A stretch of 64,000 nucleotides of DNA from positions 10,530-74,529 of the forward strand of contig JBKPKU010000105.1 in assembly GCA_046731295.1 (NCBI GenBank), given 5' to 3'. Made by a program: the position numbers and the translations under genes. Position 1 is the stretch's first letter. The number at the start of each line of letters is the position of its first letter. Source of the stretch: Actinomycetota bacterium. GTDB taxonomy: Bacteria > Actinomycetota > UBA4738 > HRBIN12. Positions 7,850-15,671 of this stretch are shown here, in pieces. The notes beneath the pieces are model-generated. The model was not told the DNA's origin. It saw only the letters and a program-made list of their open reading frames with translations, and did no database searches.

Positions 7850-8068
7850 ATGAGGAGAGGACATAAGAAGGGCACGGTGAAGATTCACCCAGTGACCCTT
7901 CATGGTGTGCCCATTCTGGTAGCGATCATCGTCTTCTTGATCTGGCTCCTACTGTTCGTCGGGAGCAATGACAGGGAGGACCCGTTCACGGGTGGTGGTG
8001 GGGCCGGACTGCATCCAGACGGCCGATGGGTTCGACTGTTCTCCTTGAGAACTGACCCGCTGCCATAG
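7850..8068 (+). CDS. Possible small membrane protein
   Basis: 'VPILVAIIVFLIWLLLFVG' is a TM helix. An alternative GTG at 7877 follows GAAGGG. The segment is A/T-richer than its surroundings. No homology recognised. Confidence 0.3.
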   Translation: MRRGHKKGTVKIHPVTLHGVPILVAIIVFLIWLLLFVGSNDREDPFTGGGGAGLHPDGRWVRLFSLRTDPLP

Positions 8069-8089
8069 CGCATTGAGAACGGAAACCAA

Positions 8090-8468
8090 CGTCGGCGATC
8101 TTCGGGTCGCTCGCGTCGATCGGCTGGGCGAGCCCCGAGAGGTCTCCCTTCATCTCGGCCACGAAGACCGGCACGCCGGCATCGGAGAGCTGGCCCGCGA
8201 TCACCTGCAGCGTCTTGGTCTTGCCAAGATGCCGGTGGCGCCGGCCACGAGGCCCGTGGCGGTTCACGGTCGAGAGCGGCAGTCGAATGCGCACGTCGGT
8301 CAGCACCTCGTCTTTGACAGGCGACCCGAGCGTCAGGCCGGGTAGCCCGACCGGGTAGCCGGCACGCATGTCGGCCTCGAAGCGCTCGGCCACGGCGTGA
8401 CGATAGCCGGCGTCTTGGGGACGTGCGATATCGATCTCAAACGCACGCCGGGATACCATCGCCTCCAT
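8090..8468 (-). pseudogene. HerA-like/DUF853 P-loop ATPase, N-terminal fragment with a disrupted Walker A
   Basis: 'RIRLPLSTVNRHG' and 'GKTKTLQVIAGQLSDAGVPVFVAEMKGDLSGLAQP' match the DUF853 (YjgR-like) N-terminus. The intervening GLVAGATG is read out of frame as 'PRGRRHRHL'. Similarity ends near 8090, whereas the family is about 500 aa. Confidence 0.7.
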
Positions 8469-8853
8469 GTCGCCGACCGAGCGGTCACCCGCCAAGAAGC
8501 CGGCCGCGAAGAAGGCGCCGCCCAAGACGCCCAAGATGCCGAAGGCCGGGCCCAAGACCGTCGAGCGCTTCGAGGCGCTCGCCGAGGACTTCGTAGCGCG
8601 GGGCGCGAAGCGGTCGAAGATGTTCGGGATGCCGGTGCTCAAGGCGGGGGACAGGGTGTTCGCCGGAACCTTCGGCGACGCCATGACGTTCAAGCTCGGG
8701 CCCGAGGATCTGGAGAGGGCCCGGACACAGCGTGGCGTCGAGTCGTTCGAGCCCATGAAGGGCCGGCCCATGAAGGAGTGGGTGTTGGTGCCGCTCGCGC
8801 ACGCGAATCGCTGGCAGGACCTGGCGGAGCGGGCGTTCTCCTACGTGAGGTAG
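8467..8853 (+). CDS. TfoX_N-like domain protein with a Lys/Pro-rich N-terminal tail
   Basis: 'KMFGMPVLKAGDRVFAGTFGDAMTFKL...FEPMKGRPMKEWVLVP' resembles the TfoX/Sxy N-terminal fold family. The tail 'SPAKKPAAKKAPPKTPKMPKAGPK' is histone-like. Confidence 0.55.
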   Translation: MSPTERSPAKKPAAKKAPPKTPKMPKAGPKTVERFEALAEDFVARGAKRSKMFGMPVLKAGDRVFAGTFGDAMTFKLGPEDLERARTQRGVESFEPMKGRPMKEWVLVPLAHANRWQDLAERAFSYVR

Positions 8854-8856
8854 GCC

Positions 8857-9333
8857 TTACAGCGCGGGCGTGTCGAGGATCTTGCGGGTGCGCTTTGCCA
8901 TGCCCTCGAGCAGCCTGATCGACAGGTTCGGCTCCTTGCGCAGGAGTTTTCGGAACTCCGAGCGTTCGATCCGGATCGTCTCGAGCGGCGTTGCGGCCAC
9001 CACGGTCCTGGTCCGGGCGTCCCCGTCGAGCAGCGAGAGCTCGCCGAAGAAGTCGCCCCGCCCGAGCTCGGCCTCCTTCTTCCCGGTGGGCGACTTGCCC
9101 GCCACCACGGCCACCTTCCCGTTGGTGATCACGTAGAAGGCCTTGCCTGGATCTCCGGCCTTCACGATGACCTGGCCCTCCGGGTAGATGCGCTCCTCGG
9201 ACAGGGCCGCGATGCGCGAGAGGTCCAGGTGTGTGCAGCCCTCGAACAGCGGCACCCGGGCGAGCAGGTTCACCATCGGACGCCGGGCGGGTGCCATGTG
9301 CGGAATGCTCTCAGCAGACGGGCCGGGCCGCAA
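8857..9333 (-). CDS. Stand-alone cyclic-nucleotide-binding domain protein
   Basis: 'LLARVPLFEGCTHLDLSRIA...GQVIVKAGDPGKAFYVITNGKVAV...GDFFGELSLLDGDARTRTVVA' is a canonical CAP_ED signature. The start may be the internal ATG at 9297. Confidence 0.8.
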   Translation of the reverse strand: MRPGPSAESIPHMAPARRPMVNLLARVPLFEGCTHLDLSRIAALSEERIYPEGQVIVKAGDPGKAFYVITNGKVAVVAGKSPTGKKEAELGRGDFFGELSLLDGDARTRTVVAATPLETIRIERSEFRKLLRKEPNLSIRLLEGMAKRTRKILDTPAL

Positions 9334-9394
9334 GCGCGGGCGGGTTGGGGAGCCAGGCGGCCTTCTCTCCCGGTCCCGCTAGTCTCCCGACCCC

Positions 9395-9775
9395 ATGACG
9401 GGGGCGTTCCAGGCGTTGGCGGAGAGGCTGTCCAGGTTCCTGTCCCGGAACCGCCTGCCGTCGTTCCTGATCACGGCCGTCTCGCTCGTTCTCGTAGCGG
9501 ATGCGTTCCGGCGGGTCCTGTCCGACTCGGACGCTCAGGTCGACGCGCTCACGTGGGCCGCGCTGGCGCTCATGGCGTATGCCGTGGTCGCCGTCCTGTT
9601 CCTGCGGCGGCGAGCACCCGACAACGTTCGCCTGGTCGTCTCGTGGTTCATCGGCCTGTCTCCTGCCCTGTACGGCATGACGGCCACGATCGCCGGATCG
9701 CCGCTGGTCGTGATGTGGATCGGCGTCGGGCTGGCGATCGGGCTCGTCGGGTTAGCGGCGCTCCGGCCGGCATGA
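9395..9775 (+). CDS. Hypothetical integral membrane protein (126 aa, 4 predicted helices)
   Basis: ATG start and alternating hydrophobic segments. No family recognised. Confidence 0.5.
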   Translation: MTGAFQALAERLSRFLSRNRLPSFLITAVSLVLVADAFRRVLSDSDAQVDALTWAALALMAYAVVAVLFLRRRAPDNVRLVVSWFIGLSPALYGMTATIAGSPLVVMWIGVGLAIGLVGLAALRPA

Positions 9776-9835
9776 GGGACTGGGGTGCGCCCGAGCGACG
9801 GCCCCCTCTCGCCCAACGACGGCTACCATCCAACC

Positions 9836-11395
9836 ATGGCCAGAACCGTCCGCTCGCTGATCGGTGGTCGAGCGCCCGACGAGGCGCCAGGCGGCATGCT
9901 CGTGATCCCGAACCCCGCTCGACTCGACGACCTCGTGGCCGAGGCGAGGCTCGGTGACGCCACCACGCTGGTCGAGGCGTGCGCGACCGCCGGGGAGGCG
10001 CAGCCCGCGTGGGCCGCCACCCCCGCCCCCGTCCGCGGCACCGCGATCCAACGACTCGGGCGGCTCGTAGAGGACAACGCCGAGACGCTCGCCCGGATCC
10101 TGACGCGCGAGATCGGCAAGCCGATCGCCGAGTCCCGGGGTTCTGTCCAGGAGGTCGTCGACACGTGCACGTTCTTCGCGTCCGAGGGCCGGCGCCTGTA
10201 CGGCATGACCGTTCCCTCCGAGCTCCCCGACAAACAGCTCTTCACGTTCCGGAACCCCGTCGGCGTGGCCACGATAATCACGGCCGGGAACTTCCCGGTC
10301 GCCGTTCCATCCTGGTACCTGGTCCCCGCGCTCCTGTGCGGCAACGCCGCCGTCTGGAAGCCGGCAGAGTACGCCCCGGCCACCTCGGAGGCGCTCGCTC
10401 AGCTCTTCCAGCACGCCGGCTTCCCGTCCGGCGTCCTCAACATGGTGCTGGCCGACGGCCCGAACACGTTCGACGGCCTCAGCCAGGCGCTGGACGCCGG
10501 CCTCGTCGACAAGGTCGGGTTCACGGGCTCGAGCGATGTCGGCCGGCAACTCGGCGAGCTCTGCGGGCGGCACCTGCAGTCGCCCTGTCTGGAGCTCGGC
10601 GGCAAGAACCCGCTCGTCGTGATGCCCGACGCCGACCTCGAACTCGCCGTGGAGGGCGCGCTGTTCAGCGGTTTCGGCACGGCGGGGCAGCGGTGCACGT
10701 CGCTCGGCACGGTGATCGTGCACGAGTCCGTCCACGACGAGTTCGTCAACCGGTTCACGCGCGCCGTCGAGACCGCCGCGATCGGCGACCCGTTCGAGCC
10801 CGTCCTCTACGGACCCATGATCTCGGCGCGGTTCTGCGAGCGTTTCCTCGGATGGCTCGACTGGGTGCAGCCGCATCACGCGATCTCGGGCTCCACCGGT
10901 ACCGGGCGGATCACGCAGGAAAGCCCGCGCGAGGGATTCGTTGGGGATCCCGAGGCCGGACTGTTCGTCCACCCGACGATCGTCGATGGCGTCACGATGG
11001 ACGACGACCTCTACAAACAGGAGACGTTCGGGCCGATCGTCGGCGTCGCGACGTTCGGCGACTTCGACGAGGCGATGGCGCTCGCCAACGGCCACGGCTA
11101 CGGCCTGTCGGCTTCGATCTACACAACCGACCCGCTCAACGTGTTCCGGTTCCGCGAGCGCATCTCGGCCGGCATGGTCAGCGTGAACAACTCGACCACC
11201 GGCGCCGAGGCACACCTGCCGTTCGGCGGCAACGGGCGCAGCGGCAACGGCGCTCGGCAGTCCGGCGTGTGGGTGCTCGACCAGTTCACGCGGTGGCAGG
11301 CGATGAACTGGGACTACTCGGGCGGCCTGCAGAAGGCGCAGATGGACGTGGCCGGCCTCGCGGGCGATCCGTCGTTCCGGCTGTCCGAGTCGTGA
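9836..11395 (+). CDS. NAD(P)-dependent aldehyde dehydrogenase family protein
   Basis: 'FRNPVGVATIITAGNFPVAVPSW', 'GFTGSSDVGRQLG', 'LELGGKNP' and the catalytic 'GQRCTS' motif. Start taken at the internal ATG at 9836. Confidence 0.85.
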   Translation: MARTVRSLIGGRAPDEAPGGMLVIPNPARLDDLVAEARLGDATTLVEACATAGEAQPAWAATPAPVRGTAIQRLGRLVEDNAETLARILTREIGKPIAESRGSVQEVVDTCTFFASEGRRLYGMTVPSELPDKQLFTFRNPVGVATIITAGNFPVAVPSWYLVPALLCGNAAVWKPAEYAPATSEALAQLFQHAGFPSGVLNMVLADGPNTFDGLSQALDAGLVDKVGFTGSSDVGRQLGELCGRHLQSPCLELGGKNPLVVMPDADLELAVEGALFSGFGTAGQRCTSLGTVIVHESVHDEFVNRFTRAVETAAIGDPFEPVLYGPMISARFCERFLGWLDWVQPHHAISGSTGTGRITQESPREGFVGDPEAGLFVHPTIVDGVTMDDDLYKQETFGPIVGVATFGDFDEAMALANGHGYGLSASIYTTDPLNVFRFRERISAGMVSVNNSTTGAEAHLPFGGNGRSGNGARQSGVWVLDQFTRWQAMNWDYSGGLQKAQMDVAGLAGDPSFRLSES

Positions 11396-12618
11396 GCGAG
11401 ACCGTTCGGATCCGCGCGGGGCGGCTGCTCGACGTCGTCGCGGGTGAGGAGCTGCGCGATCAGCTCGTCACGGTTCGGGACCAGCGGATCGAGTCGGTGG
11501 GGGCGTTCGACGGCGGCGCGGTCGACCTCGACCTGTCGGACCACACGGTGCTGCCCGGCCTGATCGACTGCCACGCGCACCTGATCGGCGAGATCGAGAG
11601 CGGCCACGGCTACGCCCAGCTCATCACGCGTTCGGCGGCGCAGGAGGCGCTCTCGGGCGTTCGGAACGCGCGGGACACGGTGATGGCCGGATTCACAAGC
11701 GTTCGGGACGTGGGGACCTTCCGGGCGTTCGTGGATGTCGCGCTGCGCGACGCGATCGAGGCGGGCGACGTCCTCGGGCCGCGCATGATGTGCGCGGGCG
11801 CATACGTCACGAGCTCGGGCGGCGGCGGGGACATCAACGGCCTGCCGCCCGACGTCGACGCGGCCGTCCCTCGCGACCTGCGGTTCGGCGTGGCGAACTC
11901 GGCCGACGAGGTCCGCCGCGTCGTGCGCGACCTGCTCCACGGCGGCGCCGACTTCATCAAGGTCATCGCGACCGGCGCCGTGCTCACCGAGGGAACCGTG
12001 CCGTCGGCCCCCGAGTTCAGCGAGGCCGAGATCCGCGCGGCCGTCGAGGAGGCGGACCTGTACGCCGCCCACGTGGCGGCGCACGCCCACGGCGCCGAGG
12101 GCATCAAGCGCGCGGTTCGCGCCGGCGTGCGCTCGATCGAGCACGGCTCGCTCATGGACGACGAGGCGATCGCGCTGATGGCCGAGCGCGGGACGTACCT
12201 GGTTGCCGACATCTGGATGGGCGACTGGACGATCGAGCAGGGCGAGCACGACGGGTGGTCGCCCGGCGTCATGCGCAAGCTGCGCGAGACCACCGACGTG
12301 CAGCGGGAGGGGTTCGAGAAGGCCCTGGCCGCGGGGATTCGGCTCGCGTTCGGGACCGACAGCGGGACCTACCCGCACGGGATGAACGCGCGTCAGTTCG
12401 CGCACATGGTCAAGCACGGCATGACGCCGATGGAGGCGATCCGCTCGGCCACCGTGGTCGCGGCCGAGCTCATGGGGTGGCGCGACCGCGTCGGCGCGCT
12501 CGAACCCGGCCTGTTCGCCGATGTGCTGGCGGTCGAAGGCGACGTGCTGTCCGACGTCGACCGGCTGACCGACGTCGCGCTCGTCATGAAGGGCGGGCGC
12601 GTGCTCTCCGCCGGCTGA
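11392..12618 (+). CDS. Metal-dependent amidohydrolase family protein
   Basis: GTG at 11392 overlaps the upstream stop (GTGA). 'LPGLIDCHAHL', 'AAHAHGAEGI', 'IEHGS' and 'AFGTDSG' form the amidohydrolase metal-ligand pattern. Confidence 0.85.
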   Translation: MSETVRIRAGRLLDVVAGEELRDQLVTVRDQRIESVGAFDGGAVDLDLSDHTVLPGLIDCHAHLIGEIESGHGYAQLITRSAAQEALSGVRNARDTVMAGFTSVRDVGTFRAFVDVALRDAIEAGDVLGPRMMCAGAYVTSSGGGGDINGLPPDVDAAVPRDLRFGVANSADEVRRVVRDLLHGGADFIKVIATGAVLTEGTVPSAPEFSEAEIRAAVEEADLYAAHVAAHAHGAEGIKRAVRAGVRSIEHGSLMDDEAIALMAERGTYLVADIWMGDWTIEQGEHDGWSPGVMRKLRETTDVQREGFEKALAAGIRLAFGTDSGTYPHGMNARQFAHMVKHGMTPMEAIRSATVVAAELMGWRDRVGALEPGLFADVLAVEGDVLSDVDRLTDVALVMKGGRVLSAG

Positions 12619-12694
12619 GCTCGGTTTCCTCCTGTCGCGTTCCGGGGGTACGCTGTCGGCTCTCGAACGACGTGGTTCGGAAGGAGCGGCCGCC

Positions 12695-13189
12695 ATGAAG
12701 ACCTGCCCGTATTGCGCCGAGGAGATCCAGGACGCGGCGATCAGGTGCCGCTGGTGCGGCTCGTGGCTCGTAGACGAGATCCCGGCCACCGCCGAGGGAC
12801 CGCCCAAGCGCGCCGCCGCCGCTGTCGAGGAACCCAAGACCGAGGAACTCAAGACCGAGGAGCCAAAGGCCGAGGGGAAGATGGAGGCCAACCCTCCGCC
12901 GCAGGCCACGATGATGGCGCAGGTCCCGACCGCCGAGCCGAAAGCCGAACCCGAGCCGACTGCCGCCACGCCGCCGGTGGCCGAGGCGAAGATCGAGTTC
13001 ACGCACACGGGATCGCGGTACCTGTTGGGGTACGCCCCCGATCACTTCGGGATCTGGGACCGGAACACGCCGCAGCAGCCCGTCGAGACGTTCCCGCGCA
13101 ACGACGACGGCTGGGCGGCGGCCTGGGCCCGCTACTCGTCGATCGAGTCGAGCTGGATGGACCTCCGGACGGGGCAGAAGTCCGCGTAG
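12695..13189 (+). CDS. Zinc-ribbon protein with a low-complexity linker and a conserved C-terminal domain
   Basis: 'CPYCAEEIQDAAIRCRWCGSWL' carries two CxxC pairs. An E/K/P-rich linker follows. The C-terminal 'GSRYLLGYAPDHFGIWDRNTPQQPVETFPRNDDGWAAAWARY' recurs in the 6873 gene. Confidence 0.65.
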   Translation: MKTCPYCAEEIQDAAIRCRWCGSWLVDEIPATAEGPPKRAAAAVEEPKTEELKTEEPKAEGKMEANPPPQATMMAQVPTAEPKAEPEPTAATPPVAEAKIEFTHTGSRYLLGYAPDHFGIWDRNTPQQPVETFPRNDDGWAAAWARYSSIESSWMDLRTGQKSA

Positions 13190-13194
13190 GGCGC

Positions 13195-13268
13195 TGGAGC
13201 GGGCGACGGGAATCGAACCCGCACCACCAGCTTGGAAGGCTGGAGCTCTGCCATTGAGCTACGCCCGC
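13195..13268 (-). tRNA. tRNA-Gly (anticodon TCC), CCA encoded
   Basis: Reverse complement is GCGGGCGTAGCTCAATGGCAGAGCTCCAGCCTTCCAAGCTGGTGGTGCGGGTTCGATTCCCGTCGCCCGCTCCA, a clean cloverleaf with U73. Confidence 0.9.
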
Positions 13269-13290
13269 GCGTGAGGAAAGCCTAGCAACC

Positions 13291-13599
13291 TCAGACGACC
13301 GCCCGGGCGATCCCCGTCCCAGCGGCCGCGAGGATCACCACGACGATCAGCGGCGCCTTGCGCCAGATGGCGAGACCGGCCACCGCGACCCCGATCACGC
13401 GCTCGTCCACCGCCAGCGACTGGCCGTCGCCGAACGTCTGCACCGCGATCAGCGCTCCGAACAGCGCCGGAGCGAGCAGGTCGATGACGCCCGCGACCCT
13501 CGGGGGGAGTGGACGGCCGCCGAGCAGGACCGGTCCCGCGGACTTGATCGCCACGGTGCCGACCCCCACGAGCGCGACGACGAGCCAGACCTCGGTCAT
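13291..13599 (-). CDS. azlD: Branched-chain amino acid exporter small subunit AzlD-like
   Basis: 102-aa hydrophobic protein starting at the internal ATG at 13599. It overlaps the azlC-like stop by 4 nt. The upstream part of the tracked ORF is shadow sequence. Confidence 0.75.
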   Translation of the reverse strand: MTEVWLVVALVGVGTVAIKSAGPVLLGGRPLPPRVAGVIDLLAPALFGALIAVQTFGDGQSLAVDERVIGVAVAGLAIWRKAPLIVVVILAAAGTGIARAVV

Positions 13600-14249
13600 C
13601 GCCTCAGCCCCAGGAGGCACGCGGCGCTCGCGGCCACGATCGGCACGCCGGCCGGCGTGAAGGGCGTCAGCGCGAGCGCGATCCCCGCGCCAAGCAGCGC
13701 CGCCATGATGTGGAGCCGATCCTTGGCGATCGGCACGAGCAGGCCGAGGAACAGCGCCGCGAACGCCGCGTCCAGGCCGAGCATGGCCGGGTCGCCGAGC
13801 GCCTGGCCGAGGACCGCGCCGACCGCCGTCCCCGCGACCCACGCGACGTAGAGCGCCAGGCCGGCCCCGAACAGCACGCGCCGGTTGAACCTGCCCTCGC
13901 CCTCGGCCGCGATCGCCCACGACTCGTCCACGACCAACTGGGCGTGCAGGAACCTCGACCACGGGCCGCCGGTCAGCCACGGCGCGACCGAGATCCCGAT
14001 CGGGCCGTACCGAAGGTTCAGCAGGAGCGCCGCCGCGACCGCGGCCGCCACCGTGCCGCCGTCCCCGAGCACGGACACCGCGGCGAACTGCGCAGACCCG
14101 GCGAACGTCGTCGCCGACATGACGATGGGCGCGAACCACCCGAAACCGGCCGCGCGCGCGAGCACGCCGAACGAGATCGCGAAGCCGAGCACGGCCACGA
14201 TCAGGGGAGCCATGGCCCGGACCCCGTCGCGGAACGTGCGCTCGGCCAT
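13596..14249 (-). CDS. azlC: AzlC-family branched-chain amino acid exporter
   Basis: Internal ATG at 14249. 'FGVLARAAGFGWFAPIVMSATTFAGSAQFAAV...LLLNLRYGPIG' is typical of AzlC. Confidence 0.8.
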   Translation of the reverse strand: MAERTFRDGVRAMAPLIVAVLGFAISFGVLARAAGFGWFAPIVMSATTFAGSAQFAAVSVLGDGGTVAAAVAAALLLNLRYGPIGISVAPWLTGGPWSRFLHAQLVVDESWAIAAEGEGRFNRRVLFGAGLALYVAWVAGTAVGAVLGQALGDPAMLGLDAAFAALFLGLLVPIAKDRLHIMAALLGAGIALALTPFTPAGVPIVAASAACLLGLRR

Positions 14250-14342
14250 GACCCACCGTAGCAACCGTCCGACGGGGGCCTGCCGCTCGCCGTTCGGCTC
14301 GCTCCTTGAGGCCCCCGAGCCCCCGGTGGATACAGTGCCGAC

Positions 14343-15197
14343 GTGGAGGTCCCGTTCCGACTGGTCGACGTGTTCACGCCGACGCCGCTGTCCGGCAACC
14401 AGCTCTGCGTGGTGCCCGACCCCGTCGAGCTGGGCGATACCGCGATGCAGGCGATCGCCAAGGAGATCGGGTTCTCGGAGACGACGTTCGTGACCCAGGC
14501 CGCGGGCGACCGCTACGCGATGCGCATCTTCACGCCCGATGCCGAGCTTCCGTTCGCGGGCCATCCGACGCTCGGGACGGCGTTCGTGTTGGTGAGCGAG
14601 GGTCGCGTGACCTCGCCTGGGACGCAGACCACGGCCGCGGGCGAGGTTCCGGTCGAGGTTGACGTCGCGTCGAACTCGGCGTGGATGACGCAGCTGCCGG
14701 TCGAGTTCGGGGGCGTGTTCGACGATCGCGCGCTGATCGCGCGCGCGGCCGGACTCGGGCTCGACGACCTCGAACCCGACCTCCCCGTGCAGACCGTCAC
14801 TACCGGGCTGCTGTGGACGATCGTGCCGGTGCGCGATGCGGATCGGCTGGCGCGTGCCCAGCGGGACGGCCGCGCGCTCGAGGAGGCCGTCCTGATCTCC
14901 GGTGATGAGGGCCTGTACCTGTTCGCGATGACCGACGCGGGCGCCACCGCCCGGATGTTCGACGCCGGTCACGGGATCGGGGAGGACCCTGCCACGGGCT
15001 CGGCGGCGGGACCGCTGGGGGCCTACCTGGCCGAACACGGCCTGGGCGGCATGCCCGGCTCGATCCTGGTCCGCCAGGGCGAGCGCGTCGGGCGGCCGAG
15101 CGAGCTGCACGTCGAGGTTCGGGACGAGGGTGGCCGCTGGCGCGTGCGCGTGGGCGGCGGCGTGCACGTGATCGGTTCGGGGGCTTTCCGGCTCTAA
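14343..15197 (+). CDS. PhzF-family isomerase-like protein
   Basis: 'FRLVDVFTPTPLSGNQLCVV...IAKEIGFSETTFV...RIFTPDAELPFAGHPTLGTA...GEDPATGSAAGPLGAYL'. Confidence 0.85.
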   Translation: MEVPFRLVDVFTPTPLSGNQLCVVPDPVELGDTAMQAIAKEIGFSETTFVTQAAGDRYAMRIFTPDAELPFAGHPTLGTAFVLVSEGRVTSPGTQTTAAGEVPVEVDVASNSAWMTQLPVEFGGVFDDRALIARAAGLGLDDLEPDLPVQTVTTGLLWTIVPVRDADRLARAQRDGRALEEAVLISGDEGLYLFAMTDAGATARMFDAGHGIGEDPATGSAAGPLGAYLAEHGLGGMPGSILVRQGERVGRPSELHVEVRDEGGRWRVRVGGGVHVIGSGAFRL

Positions 15198-15241
15198 GAC
15201 TGTCTCGACGGAACCAGAGACGCCCTCGTAGGCTCTGTGCC

Positions 15242-15649
15242 GTGCGCGTCCGCGTCGTCGTCCTGCTCGTGCTCATCACCGGCAGCCTGGCCTGGGTCGG
15301 AACGCAGGCCCTTTCGGGGAACCTCGTCTACTACGTGACACCGACCGAGCTGCTGCGCCAGCAGCCGCCGCCCGGCGAGCGTCTGCGTCTCGGCGGCCAG
15401 GTCGTGCCGGGCTCGGTCCACGACATCGCGAAGGGCGTCGACTTCGTCGTTACCGACGGGACGACCCGCATGACCGTGATCCACACGGGCTCGACGCCGG
15501 CGCTGTTCAAGACCGGCAGCGGCGTCGTCCTCGAGGGGACCTACGGGCCCGACGGCGCCTTCCACTCGGACACGATGCTCGTCAAGCACAACGAGCAGTA
15601 CCGGCCGCCTGCCGCGGGCGAGACGCCGTCGCCCGCCCCGATCGGCTGA
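15242..15649 (+). CDS. ccmE: Cytochrome c-type biogenesis heme chaperone CcmE
   Basis: N-terminal anchor, an OB-fold region 'RLGGQVVPGSV', and the heme-binding 'LVKHNEQY' (H-x3-Y). Confidence 0.9.
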   Translation: MRVRVVVLLVLITGSLAWVGTQALSGNLVYYVTPTELLRQQPPPGERLRLGGQVVPGSVHDIAKGVDFVVTDGTTRMTVIHTGSTPALFKTGSGVVLEGTYGPDGAFHSDTMLVKHNEQYRPPAAGETPSPAPIG

Positions 15650-15671
15650 TGGGCCGCGAGGAGGCACGCTG

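Noticed and set aside
9752-13008. Antisense or off-frame ORFs of 480-880 aa (9752-11215 minus, the first half of 9979-12618 plus, 11314-13008 minus)
   Set aside because: They have the same Arg/Pro/Gly shadow composition. Only the 3' part of 9979-12618 (from GTG 11392) has amidohydrolase motifs, and the aldehyde dehydrogenase frame accounts for 9836-11395.
12712-13257. 181-aa plus ORF overlapping the zinc-ribbon gene and running through tRNA-Gly
   Set aside because: It is an off-frame Arg/Gly-rich translation and overlaps a well-formed tRNA gene on the opposite strand.
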